Positions 1-9,856 of a DNA stretch of 37,010 nucleotides are shown here, in pieces. The notes beneath the pieces were generated by a model. It was not told the DNA's origin. It worked only from the letters and a program-made list of their open reading frames with translations, and searched no databases. Made by a program: the position numbers and the translations under genes. The DNA is from a virus (taxonomy: Duplodnaviria > Heunggongvirae > Uroviricota > Caudoviricetes): the IMG/VR virus record IMGVR_UViG_2778261177_000006. One strand, 5' to 3'. Position 1 is the stretch's first letter. Each line of letters starts with the position of its first letter.

Positions 1-1293
<1,293 letters not shown>

Positions 1294-1312
1294 TACCCAA
1301 TTTTTCTGAATC

Positions 1313-1338
1313 TAAAAAGCGCCTGCGGGCGCTTTAAG
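1313..1338 (+). terminator. Weak hairpin just after serS stop (agcgcc-tgcg-ggcgct)
   Basis: GC stem of 6 bp with 4-nt loop directly after the serS stop; only a short T tract follows, so weak on its own. Confidence 0.35.
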
Positions 1339-1410
1339 TAGAGGTTTAATCATTTGAAAATAAATGGATTTTATTTTTAAGTGTCCATATAACGTCCATC
1401 TTTGAATGCA

Positions 1411-1447
1411 AAAAGCCCACAGCTTCTATGCTGTGGGCTTTGTTTTT
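1411..1447. terminator. Bidirectional rho-independent terminator (agcccacag...ctgtgggct, flanked by A run and T run)
   Basis: 9-bp perfect stem flanked by AAAA upstream and TTGTTTTT downstream, so it reads as hairpin plus U tract on either strand. Confidence 0.6.
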
Positions 1448-1469
1448 GGTGTCCTCATGAGTGAGGGAA

Positions 1470-1503
1470 CCAAAAAGAAAACCCGCAGTTTTTACGCTGC
1501 GGG
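1470..1503 (-). terminator. Minus-strand rho-independent terminator, probable 3' end of the hok-like transcript
   Basis: Stem cccgcag/ctgcggg; on the minus strand the hairpin is followed by TTTTCTTTTT. Confidence 0.5.
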
Positions 1504-1595
1504 CTTGTTGTTCACGTCAACTGGAAATAGGGTGCCTTTTCGACCTTTACCCTGGCAACCGATTGACGGGGGATTGCTCCCCCGTCGCGGTTTCC

Positions 1596-1736
1596 TTACT
1601 GCTTACACTGTAAGAACGCCGCAAACTCCGCTCCCCAGAAGCTCATCCGTATTTCACACAGCGAACCGTGCAGCATCCAGATGATGAGGATTACCGTCAC
1701 GCAGAACGTGATGGCCATAAGCGATTTTTGCGACAT
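1596..1736 (-). CDS. Hok/Gef-family type I toxin, 46 aa (MSQKSLMAITFCVTVILIIWMLHGSLCEIRMSFWGAEFAAFLQCKQ)
   Basis: Hand-translated minus-strand ORF (below the ORF-track length cutoff): ATG preceded by AAGGAG at 8 nt; hydrophobic N-terminal helix followed by the SLCEIR motif and an AAFLxCK tail, as in Hok/HokA-type toxins. Confidence 0.6.
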   Translation of the reverse strand: MSQKSLMAITFCVTVILIIWMLHGSLCEIRMSFWGAEFAAFLQCKQ

Positions 1737-1866
1737 AGCGCTTGCTCCTTTGTTGGAGAGGCGCTAACCTACGACTTGCGAAGGTTGTATGGTCAGGGCC
1801 TCGGTTAAACAAAAATGTTTTCCGGGGCCTTTCCACATCCGGCCTTCGGGTATTCCCTCCGACCAT
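1654..1866 (-). CDS. mok-like overlapping reading frame (70 aa) coupling translation to the hok-like toxin
   Basis: ORF-track 70-aa ORF starts upstream of the hok-like ORF, overlaps it in another frame and ends inside it, which is the mok/hok arrangement; no independent sequence signature. Confidence 0.35.
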   Translation of the reverse strand: MVGGNTRRPDVERPRKTFLFNRGPDHTTFASRRLAPLQQRSKRYVAKIAYGHHVLRDGNPHHLDAARFAV

Positions 1867-1926
1867 CAGCCGAAAGGCACCCGCGCGTAATCTATCGCTT
1901 TTTTGTTACTCCGGCAATTCTGCCTG

Positions 1927-2187
1927 TTAATTCTGAGGTAAAGGCAAGCTCATCTGATTGTTTCCCCTGTGTGAAGCTGGCAGCTCATGCCACGGGATAC
2001 CTTCTGATGAGTGAACGCCGGAGGCGTGTTTCGATGTGAATTTATGGAAAGCTTCCAGTGTTGAGAAGCATACGCCGCATTCCAGGTTGTTACACTGGTA
2101 ATACTTTTGCCGCACGGTGTTTGAATCATTTTCCGGACGACTGGTGCGGATACGGGCAGATGCGCCACAAAGCGGACAACGGAACAT
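1927..2187 (-). CDS. ogr: Ogr/Delta-family zinc-finger late-gene transcriptional activator (86 aa)
   Basis: N-terminal CPLC and downstream CNNLEC form a C-x2-C...C-x4-C finger; small basic protein; AAGGGAGG before the ATG; sits next to tail gene D as ogr does in P2. Confidence 0.8.
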   Translation of the reverse strand: MFRCPLCGASARIRTSRPENDSNTVRQKYYQCNNLECGVCFSTLEAFHKFTSKHASGVHSSEGIPWHELPASHRGNNQMSLPLPQN

Positions 2188-2229
2188 AGCGACCTCCCTT
2201 AACGTGGTGCTGCCGCTATTCTAAGTTCC

Positions 2230-3339
2230 TCACTCTGTTTCCGCTATCCATTCCGGGATTTTTGCCTCAAGCTCAAGCTGTGTGGTAAAGCCACTGTTAT
2301 CAATGGTGTGCTCGGCTTTCGCAATAATCCAGTCCTGATTATCAATCTCGCTTTTAAATCCTGTTACCGTGCCATGCATTTCGGGGTAGAGTTCTGCGCG
2401 TCCGCGTGCCAGTGTGATGGAGAATGATGCGGCTCCGCGTTGTAGCTGCTGCCACTTTGCCGCCGCTGCGCGTCTTGCTGCCTGCTCGTTCTGATAAGTC
2501 TTGCGTAACACAAACACATTGCCTTCCGCGCCTTCCATATAATCACCTTCACGGCTGCTGCTTTTCTCCTTTTTGGGTTTTGGCGGTTTGCGGCGTTTCA
2601 CGCTGACTTTTTTCTTTTTCCCGTAATTAAGATCAAGCCAGTAAGCGCGTACCCCCGTATACGCTTCGCGGTCAGCAATGCGGAACTGATGGCGATCGCC
2701 GCTGCTGCGTGTAATGGCGAACGAGGGCAACGGCTGGCCCTGCGCGTTCACACCACCACCTGGCATGATGAATAACAGATTGCCGCTTTTTACCGTGGTG
2801 ATTGCGCCCAGCATTTCCGCCATGCGCGTAAGGAAGGACATGTCGCTTTCTTCGGTCTGGTCGGCGTGGTCGATTTCGATATCCATCAGCATTTCGCTGA
2901 TTTGCGGTTTCAGACCGTACCGATGAGCGATGGCGGATACCACACGCTCAACGGTCACATCATGCCAGGACACCTCTCGTTTAACGTTAAATTCATCCCG
3001 AAAATCTGCGCTTCTGGCTGAAATGGTCAGTCTGTCGGGCGGTCCTTCATGAGCAATTTCATCAACAATGTAAGTGCCTTTTTCTGTCAGCGGTTCTCCT
3101 TTCCAGCCAATGAGAACCGTCAGGCGCGCGCCCCGTGGCGGTAGCTGCAACTGACCATCCGCATCATCCAGCGTGATGGTGAGCTGGTCCGCTTCAAATC
3201 CCCGGTTGTCGGTCAGTGACAGGCTCATCAGGCGCTCTGCCACGCCGGACAGCGTTTCCCCCTCCGCGAGAATATCAAAATCCGGCATTTTCACGGGGTC
3301 TGTGCCCTGACTGAGCAATTGCATGGTGGTGTCGGTCAT
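2230..3339 (-). CDS. D: Tail protein D (late control gene D family), start chosen at MTDTT with GGGAGGG RBS
   Basis: About 369 aa, P2 gpD size; adjacent to ogr; translation has the character of the Phage_GPD family; contains an internal lysine-rich stretch (KKKKVSVKRRKPPKPKKEK). Confidence 0.8.
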   Translation of the reverse strand: MTDTTMQLLSQGTDPVKMPDFDILAEGETLSGVAERLMSLSLTDNRGFEADQLTITLDDADGQLQLPPRGARLTVLIGWKGEPLTEKGTYIVDEIAHEGPPDRLTISARSADFRDEFNVKREVSWHDVTVERVVSAIAHRYGLKPQISEMLMDIEIDHADQTEESDMSFLTRMAEMLGAITTVKSGNLLFIMPGGGVNAQGQPLPSFAITRSSGDRHQFRIADREAYTGVRAYWLDLNYGKKKKVSVKRRKPPKPKKEKSSSREGDYMEGAEGNVFVLRKTYQNEQAARRAAAAKWQQLQRGAASFSITLARGRAELYPEMHGTVTGFKSEIDNQDWIIAKAEHTIDNSGFTTQLELEAKIPEWIAETE

Positions 3340-3495
3340 CTTTCCCTCCCTGTGCGGCATAGTCGCATGTGCGTGCGGAGGGGGTTACTGCTTTTTGTTG
3401 TCGCCGTGGCGGGAGAACGGCGCAGGGGTGAGATTACGCGCGTGGTGGGTGATGATTGTTGCCGAATCATTTAACGGATACAAGGGGCTGAAGCT

Positions 3496-4680
3496 ATGAG
3501 TGAAACTCGTTTTCATGGTGCCCGTGTTACGGAAAGTACCGACCTGGTAACAGCGATTAATGATGTTGATTCCAGTGTTATCGGTATCGTGGCAACGGCG
3601 GATGATGCGGATGCGGAGCTGTTCCCGCTGAACAAGCCCACACTGCTGACCCGCGTCAATGACGTGCTGGGAAAATGCGGAACAACGGGGACGCTTTATC
3701 GTGCGCTTAAGGCCATCGCAGACCAGGTGAGCACAAAGGTGATCGTCGTTCGCGTGGCTGAACACAAAGAAGAAGACGGAAAAACGCAGGATCAACTGGT
3801 TATCGGTGGTTCTGAATCTGACGGCAGCTATACGGGGATGTATGCGCTGCTTGTTGCAGAGCAGGATGAAAGCATCGGATACCGTCCGCGTATTCTGGCC
3901 GCGCCGGAGCTGGACACGGAGGCGGTAACAAAATCCCTGTGCGTGATTGCGGGTAAACTGCGCGCGTTTGTGTATGCCTCATGTCACGGCTGTAACACGA
4001 TGGCTGAGGCGATTACCTACCGCCAGAAATTCAACGAACGTGAGGTGATGCTCTTATGGCCGGACTTCATCGCCTACAACCCGAAAAGTGGCAAAAACGA
4101 AACGTTCCCCGCGCCTGCCTATGCGTGCGGCCTTCGTGCGTACATTGACCATGAGCAGGGCTGGCACAAATCGCTGTCCAACGTTCCGGTTAAAAATGTG
4201 CTGGGGATGTCCAGGCATGTGTTCTGGTCGTTGCAGGCCGAAGACAGTGATGCCAACAGCCTCAACAACAAAGAAATCACGACCATTATTCGTCGCAACG
4301 GGTTCCGCTTCTGGGGCAACCGCACCCCGGAAACGAACGCCTACATCTTTGAGGTGTATACCCGAACCGCACAGGTGCTGGCTGATTCAATTGCGGAAGC
4401 GCAGTTTGAAACCATCGACAGTCCACTGACGCCTGCGAACGTGAAAGATGTTATCAGTGCCATCAGGGCAAAACTGGATTCACTGGTTACTGCCGGGAAA
4501 CTGATTGGGGCGTCGTGCTGGTATGACGTGGTGGATAACGGCACCACGAATTTACGTCAGGGGCGCGTGCGTATTCGCTACAAATATACGCCTGTTCCCC
4601 CGCTGGAAGACATGGAGCTTTACCAGTCGTTTACTGATGAATTCTTTGGTCCCGCATTTGCGGTGCTGGGAGGTGCCTGA
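3496..4680 (+). CDS. FI: Contractile tail sheath protein (P2 FI-like, 394 aa)
   Basis: Size and position directly upstream of the tail tube gene; AAGGGG RBS 8 nt before the ATG; stop overlaps the next start (ATGA-type coupling). Confidence 0.9.
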   Translation: MSETRFHGARVTESTDLVTAINDVDSSVIGIVATADDADAELFPLNKPTLLTRVNDVLGKCGTTGTLYRALKAIADQVSTKVIVVRVAEHKEEDGKTQDQLVIGGSESDGSYTGMYALLVAEQDESIGYRPRILAAPELDTEAVTKSLCVIAGKLRAFVYASCHGCNTMAEAITYRQKFNEREVMLLWPDFIAYNPKSGKNETFPAPAYACGLRAYIDHEQGWHKSLSNVPVKNVLGMSRHVFWSLQAEDSDANSLNNKEITTIIRRNGFRFWGNRTPETNAYIFEVYTRTAQVLADSIAEAQFETIDSPLTPANVKDVISAIRAKLDSLVTAGKLIGASCWYDVVDNGTTNLRQGRVRIRYKYTPVPPLEDMELYQSFTDEFFGPAFAVLGGA

Positions 4681-5192
4681 TGGCTGTACCAAAACATCTT
4701 CGCTTTTTTACGCTGTTTGTGGATGGTGAAAACGAAGTGGGTAAGGTGACGTCTGTCACTCTACCTAAGCTGACGCGCAAAACCGACAGCTACCGGGGTG
4801 GTGGCATGATGGGTGCGGTAAGTATTGATCTCGGTCTGGACGACTCCGCGCTTGATGCGAGCTTTGTCATGGGGGGCGCAGTTCGTGAGCTGTTCCTTAA
4901 GTATGGCGGCACGATTGACGGCACGCTGCTGCGTTTTGCGGGTGAATACTACACCGATGCAGAAAGCGACCTGTATGAAGTCGAAATGCGCGGACGTGTG
5001 ACGGAAATTGATATGGGGGAAGCCAAACAGGGCGAAGCCACATCACACACTTACGCCATTAAAAACACCTACTACAAGCTGAGTGTTAACGATCGCCCGT
5101 TGTGGGAGATTGACCTGCTGAACTTCATTTACCGGAAGGACGGCAAGGACATTGTGCCCGATCGCATCCGTTCCGCGCTCGGGCTTGGCTGA
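4680..5192 (+). CDS. FII: Tail tube protein (P2 FII-like, 170 aa)
   Basis: 170 aa, start overlapping the sheath stop; canonical sheath-tube pair. Confidence 0.9.
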   Translation: MAVPKHLRFFTLFVDGENEVGKVTSVTLPKLTRKTDSYRGGGMMGAVSIDLGLDDSALDASFVMGGAVRELFLKYGGTIDGTLLRFAGEYYTDAESDLYEVEMRGRVTEIDMGEAKQGEATSHTYAIKNTYYKLSVNDRPLWEIDLLNFIYRKDGKDIVPDRIRSALGLG

Positions 5193-5246
5193 TAAGTAAT
5201 ATGCAGGCGGCGCAGTGCGTCGCCTCTGACTGAAAGGAGTTTCCTG

Positions 5247-5612
5247 ATGAAAGAGACGAAAAACATCGATACCGAAAACACGGTAGTTACTGACACTGTG
5301 AAAGAAACCAGTGAGCGTGGCGTAAAACTTACCCAACCAATTGAGCGAGGCGGCGAAAAAATCACGTATGTGGAGATTACCGGGGCTATTGAGCAGGCTG
5401 GATCTCTGCGAGATTTGTCGCTGTCTGATGTGCTGAATCTGAAAGCGGAATCCATGTTTACGCTGCTGTCACGCGTGACATCACCGCGACTGGATGAAGT
5501 GACGATCAAAAAAATGGCATCCCGTGACTTTATTCAGTTATGTGTGGTTGCCGTAAATTTTTTGAGCGGTGCGGACTCTGGCGGGAAGAACGAACAGGCG
5601 ACGGAAGCCTGA
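5247..5612 (+). CDS. E: Tail assembly chaperone E (121 aa)
   Basis: Small acidic protein between tube and tape measure; AAAGGAG RBS; contains the slippery heptamer used for the E' frameshift. Confidence 0.8.
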   Translation: MKETKNIDTENTVVTDTVKETSERGVKLTQPIERGGEKITYVEITGAIEQAGSLRDLSLSDVLNLKAESMFTLLSRVTSPRLDEVTIKKMASRDFIQLCVVAVNFLSGADSGGKNEQATEA

Positions 5613-5776
5613 TCACGGTTGTGTGCTTTGAGCACATAGAAGACTTTGTGGCAGATATTGCCGTTATTTTTAACTGGTCGCCCGCCGAAATCTTCATGAT
5701 GACGCCCGGCGAAGTGGTTAGCTGGCGTGAGCGGGCGGCACTTCGCAGCGGGAATGCAGACAATGAAGACTCTTGA
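5247..5776 (+). CDS. Tail assembly chaperone E+E' fusion produced by programmed -1 ribosomal frameshift
   Basis: TTTTTTG at about 5558-5564 lies in the E frame as TTT-TTG; the -1 frame stays open to 5776 (ORF-track ORF 5540-5776) and overlaps the tape measure start, as for P2 E/E'. Confidence 0.7.
5558..5564 (+). other. Slippery heptamer TTTTTTG (programmed -1 frameshift site)
   Basis: Six T followed by G read directly from the sequence, inside E and at the 5' end of the -1 frame ORF. Confidence 0.7.
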
Positions 5777-8570
5777 TATCCGGGTCGCTTTCAGCGCCGT
5801 TGACAGGCTGACCCGGCCTGCCGAAAACGCCCGCCGCCTGATGGGGCAGTTTGGTGACTCCATTCAGCGAACGCAGGGGGCGATCAAAAATCTCGAGCGT
5901 CAGGCGCGTTCATTTGAGCGCGCCCGCGACGCGGTCAGTAAAGCGGATGCGGGTATCGTGAAAGCACGACGCCAGCTTAACGCCCTTAATCAGTTACAAC
6001 GCACGGGTACAGTGCTCAGCGAAAAACAACAAAAGCTGATGCAGCAGTTAAGCACCCGGCTTGAACGCCTGAATGAATCGCGCACACGGGAAATTCAGAA
6101 AATGCGGGAGCTTGGCGGAGAGCTGAAACGCCACGGCATTTCCCTGACAGGCAGCGATAACACCATTCAGCAGGCCATCAGACGCACCGAACAATACAAC
6201 AACCAGCTTGAACGCGAACGGCAGGCGCTTGCGCGTGTAACGCGGGCGCGTGAGCGGTATTCGCGCGCGCAGGAAACAGCGGGAAAACTGAAAACAGGTG
6301 GTGCGCTGGCAATTGGTGCGGCAGCGGCGGGCGGCTATGCTGCCGGGCGTTTTTTGCAGCCTGCGATCGGGTTCGGCAAAGAGATGTCCCGCGTTCAGGC
6401 ACTGACGCGAATCGACAAAAACAGCCCGCAGTTTAAGGCGCTGCGTGAGCAGGCGTTAAAACTTGGCTCTGAAACACAGTTTACTGCGAGTGATGCCGCC
6501 AGTGGGCAGAGCTTTCTGGCAATGGCTGGTTTTACTCCGCAGGCCATTCAGGCCGCATTGCCCGGTGTTCTTAATATGGCGCTGGCAGGTGGCGTCGAAC
6601 TCGGCGAGACGGCTGATATAGGCTCCAATATCCTCACACAGTTCAACCTGACAGCCGATCAAATGGACCGGGTGGGCGATACGCTGACAGCAGCATTTAC
6701 CCGGACCAATACTGATTTACGCGCGCTGGGCGAAACCATGAAGTATACCGGTCCGGTTGCCGCAAAACTTGGTATCAGTCTTGAAGAAGCGGCGGCCATG
6801 GCCGGGATGCTTGCCAATAATGGTCTTCGCGGAAGCGATGCTGGTACGGCCATGCGCGCAAGTCTGTCCCGCCTTGCATCACCGCCAAAAGCTGCGGCTG
6901 ATGCACTGAAAGAGCTGGGGGTGTCAGTTGCTGACGCCAGAGGCAAAATGCGCCCGATGGAGGATGTGCTGCTTGATCTCTATAAGGCGACACAAAAATA
7001 CGGACAGGTGGACCAGGTCTCCTTCTTTAAGGACATCGCCGGAGAAGAGGCGTTCGTTGGTTTGCAGACGCTTGTTGCGGCGGCTGGTTCAGGAGAACTG
7101 CAAAAACTGACCAGAGAATTGCAGGGGGCAAGGGGAGAGGCCGATCGCGTTGCAAAAGTAATGGCCGATAATCTTGATGGGGACCTGAAAAATCTCGACA
7201 GCGCATGGGAAGGTCTTCGTATTCGCATCAGTGATCTGGTTGACGGTCCGCTGCGTTCTGTCACGCAGTGGCTCACGCGGGTGCTTGAAAAAATCACCTC
7301 GCTGGCGCAGGCCCATCCGGTACTGACGCGCCAGCTACTGATAGCAGGCGGTGCGTTGCTGGCAATGACTGCAACGATTGGCTCGTTGTCGCTGGTTATT
7401 GGGGTGCTTTACGGGAAGCTGGCCACCCTGCGTCTTGGTTTTGACATTCTTACCCGGTCAATGAATGTCGTCAGGGTGTTGCCTGCGCTGTGGGGAATGG
7501 TGACGGGTTCTGTTTCTTTGCTGGGAGGCGCTATCGGGGCGCTGTTCAGTCCGGTTGGTCTTATCGTGGCTGCGCTTGCCGGAGCTGCTGTTCTTATCTG
7601 GAAATACTGGGATCCCATCAGGGCATTTTTTGCCGGGGTGTTCAGCGGGATTATGGAAAGGCTGACCCCGTTGCGCGAAACCTTTGAACGGTTTGGTCCT
7701 GTTTTTGACGCAATCGGAAGCGGGATCAGCCAGGTGTTTAACTGGTTTAAATCGCTGCTGTCACCGATGGAGTCCAGCAAGGAAACGCTGGATAAATGTA
7801 CCAGTGCTGGCGAGATATTCGGTAACGTTCTTGGCGGTGCGTTACAGCTTGTTCTGACACCTGCAAAAATGCTACTGGATACGCTGGCGTGGATACTTGA
7901 AAAGCTCGGTGTGCTTCCGGATGAAGCGGAAAGGGCGCGCAAGAAAATCGAAGACGCACAGCGTGCGGCCATTCTTCAGGACAAGGTTGCCTTGCTTCAG
8001 GGGGACCTGGCGAAAATCAATCCGCCGAAGCCTGTGGAAAATGGCAATGGCACCGGAGGTGATAAACCCAAAGACAACAAACCGCTCACAGACAGCAATA
8101 CCGGGACGCTACGCAGACTCAGCAAAATTGCTGATAACACAGGTAAGCTGGTTGATGAGACGAAAAAACGCATTGGCCCCGGCGATATTGTCTTTAAGAA
8201 CCTGCCCCGCGCACTTGCTGTTCGTGGGGAGTGGCAGGAGCGGAAGATTGCACAGGTCAGTAAGCCTGCCCCCGCAATTAATATCACACCCGTGGTCCCG
8301 GCTCCGCTGCCTCCGGCGCTGGTCCCTGTTGTTGCGGCCAGCTCCCGCCCGGTGGCGGAGGCCATACGATCTCCAGTGGCATCAGTTCCTGTAACTTCCC
8401 GTAACCGGGAGCCTGTTGCCTCCGGATTTGGTGGTGAAATTCATGTTCATCTGCATAACGTTGTTACGCAGAATCCCCGCGAACTGGCGAAACTGGTCGG
8501 TGAAATGGTCAGGGCAGAGATGGAACGGCGCGCCCGTGCCGGACGTGGCAGTTTTTACGATAAAGATTGA
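5763..8570 (+). CDS. T: Tail tape measure protein (P2 T-like, about 935 aa); alternative in-frame ATG at 5754
   Basis: Long ORF after E/E'; coiled-coil N-terminus, glycine/alanine-rich hydrophobic central segments, proline-rich C-terminal region. Confidence 0.85.
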   Translation: MKTLDIRVAFSAVDRLTRPAENARRLMGQFGDSIQRTQGAIKNLERQARSFERARDAVSKADAGIVKARRQLNALNQLQRTGTVLSEKQQKLMQQLSTRLERLNESRTREIQKMRELGGELKRHGISLTGSDNTIQQAIRRTEQYNNQLERERQALARVTRARERYSRAQETAGKLKTGGALAIGAAAAGGYAAGRFLQPAIGFGKEMSRVQALTRIDKNSPQFKALREQALKLGSETQFTASDAASGQSFLAMAGFTPQAIQAALPGVLNMALAGGVELGETADIGSNILTQFNLTADQMDRVGDTLTAAFTRTNTDLRALGETMKYTGPVAAKLGISLEEAAAMAGMLANNGLRGSDAGTAMRASLSRLASPPKAAADALKELGVSVADARGKMRPMEDVLLDLYKATQKYGQVDQVSFFKDIAGEEAFVGLQTLVAAAGSGELQKLTRELQGARGEADRVAKVMADNLDGDLKNLDSAWEGLRIRISDLVDGPLRSVTQWLTRVLEKITSLAQAHPVLTRQLLIAGGALLAMTATIGSLSLVIGVLYGKLATLRLGFDILTRSMNVVRVLPALWGMVTGSVSLLGGAIGALFSPVGLIVAALAGAAVLIWKYWDPIRAFFAGVFSGIMERLTPLRETFERFGPVFDAIGSGISQVFNWFKSLLSPMESSKETLDKCTSAGEIFGNVLGGALQLVLTPAKMLLDTLAWILEKLGVLPDEAERARKKIEDAQRAAILQDKVALLQGDLAKINPPKPVENGNGTGGDKPKDNKPLTDSNTGTLRRLSKIADNTGKLVDETKKRIGPGDIVFKNLPRALAVRGEWQERKIAQVSKPAPAINITPVVPAPLPPALVPVVAASSRPVAEAIRSPVASVPVTSRNREPVASGFGGEIHVHLHNVVTQNPRELAKLVGEMVRAEMERRARAGRGSFYDKD

Positions 8571-8576
8571 GGAGTC

Positions 8577-9071
8577 ATGGCCATGATGATGATCTACGGC
8601 ATGTTTGTTTTTGAGCTGCGCACGTTGCCGCATCAGCAGTTACAGCAAAATAAAAGCTGGCGGCATGTGAAAAATGAACGCGTTAACCGTTCAGCAAGCT
8701 GGCAGTATATCGGGGCAGGCGATGATCGTATTGTTCTTTCTGGTGTGCTTTATCCTGAAATTACAGGTGGTGAAGTGTCACTGTCGCTGCTGACCACGCA
8801 GGCGTATACAGGACGCCCCTGGCCTCTTATTGATGGCGTCGGGCAGATTTACGGCATGTATGTTCTGACCGAAACGAATACGACCCGTTCCGAGTTTGAT
8901 CGCTACGGTAAGGCGAAAAAGATAGAATTTTCACTGACCCTTGAACGCTGTGATGAGGATTTGCGGGAGCGCCTGCAATCCTCATCGTTCAGCGATATGC
9001 TGTCCGGCTTCAAAGATAAGGTGACATCATCTCTTAACAGCGCAACCAGTTCAGTTAAAGGGCTGTTCTGA
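8577..9071 (+). CDS. U: Tail protein U (164 aa); true start may be the third ATG at about 8583
   Basis: Size and position directly after the tape measure; GAGGAG RBS overlaps the T stop. Confidence 0.8.
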   Translation: MAMMMIYGMFVFELRTLPHQQLQQNKSWRHVKNERVNRSASWQYIGAGDDRIVLSGVLYPEITGGEVSLSLLTTQAYTGRPWPLIDGVGQIYGMYVLTETNTTRSEFDRYGKAKKIEFSLTLERCDEDLRERLQSSSFSDMLSGFKDKVTSSLNSATSSVKGLF

Positions 9072-9080
9072 ATTAACGCA

Positions 9081-9118
9081 AAAAACCGCTAATGTTCAGA
9101 TTAGCGGTTTTCTTTTTC
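9081..9118. terminator. Bidirectional rho-independent terminator between convergent U and G
   Basis: Stem aaccgctaa/ttagcggtt flanked by an A run and a T run; lies between the ends of two convergent genes. Confidence 0.65.
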
Positions 9119-9325
9119 CTGGATCTGCCTGGTTGTTTCTTCAGTCTGTATATCGCCTATGGGGCTCACAGCTACGGCTGGGCATCATTTCCGACGAGAA
9201 TAAACAAAAATTAACCGAATGGATGCTCTACGCGTAGAAAGTCGAATCCACAGACACCTCCGGCCTGCCAGTAACGTTTCCCGAACAACCAGAATGAGAG
9301 AAGGCCCGATATCGGAGCTTAATTT

Positions 9326-9853
9326 TTACTCAGGCTTTTGTGGCCATTCGGGCTTTGCTGTATCCACACGGCTGACCAGAACGCTGTAGCGTTCCCAGGC
9401 TTCCAGTCGTGTGCGCTCCTCATCCGTCGCCATATTCAGCCTGACAGCGCGTTCCAGCTGCTGGATGACTGATTCAGCTTCGGAAAGCAATGCGGCCTTT
9501 TGTAATTCGGCCTGCTGTTGCTGCTCGTCTGCCGTATAAATCCGTTTAACCACAGCTCCGTCCTTAAACAGCCACTTTCCTGAATCGTCGGCGCGACGAT
9601 TGGCGGTGATATCGGGAACTTCGACAACGCTGTAGCCTGTAGGGTCCAGTGTTGAAGCGTCTCTGGTTACGGCCACAATAATATTGTTCTCGTCGTAAAG
9701 AATTTTTATTGTGTCCGGCTGAAAGTTCTTCACTTCCTCATACCAGTTTTTTCCGTCTTCTGACCACAGCCAGGCAACATTAAAATTTTTTGTTAGCTGA
9801 TATTGCTCAACGGTTTTTGGATTGCCGGCGACAATGTTTTTTAAATGCTGCAT
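9326..9853 (-). CDS. G: Tail fibre assembly chaperone (P2 G-like, 175 aa)
   Basis: Directly downstream of the tail fibre gene on the same strand; size typical for this chaperone family. Confidence 0.8.
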   Translation of the reverse strand: MQHLKNIVAGNPKTVEQYQLTKNFNVAWLWSEDGKNWYEEVKNFQPDTIKILYDENNIIVAVTRDASTLDPTGYSVVEVPDITANRRADDSGKWLFKDGAVVKRIYTADEQQQQAELQKAALLSEAESVIQQLERAVRLNMATDEERTRLEAWERYSVLVSRVDTAKPEWPQKPE

Positions 9854-9856
9854 AAA

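Noticed and set aside
1406-1515. tRNA or tmRNA-like structure as integration target after serS
   Set aside because: The stems are simple hairpins followed by T or A runs (terminators); no cloverleaf with acceptor, anticodon and T arms could be drawn.
3385-3795. 136-aa minus-strand ORF overlapping the tail sheath start
   Set aside because: Overlaps the sheath start and its RBS on the opposite strand; no RBS of its own; would collide with the D/FI promoter region.
7409-7972. 187-aa minus-strand ORF inside the tape measure gene
   Set aside because: Antisense to a long, internally consistent tape measure ORF; Ser/Ala/Pro-rich reverse-frame artefact.
3340-9325. Inverted repeats flanking the inverted tail module as evidence of invertase-mediated switching
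   Set aside because: No matching inverted sequence of useful length found between the two junction intervals, and no invertase gene is present; the inversion is reported as an observation only.
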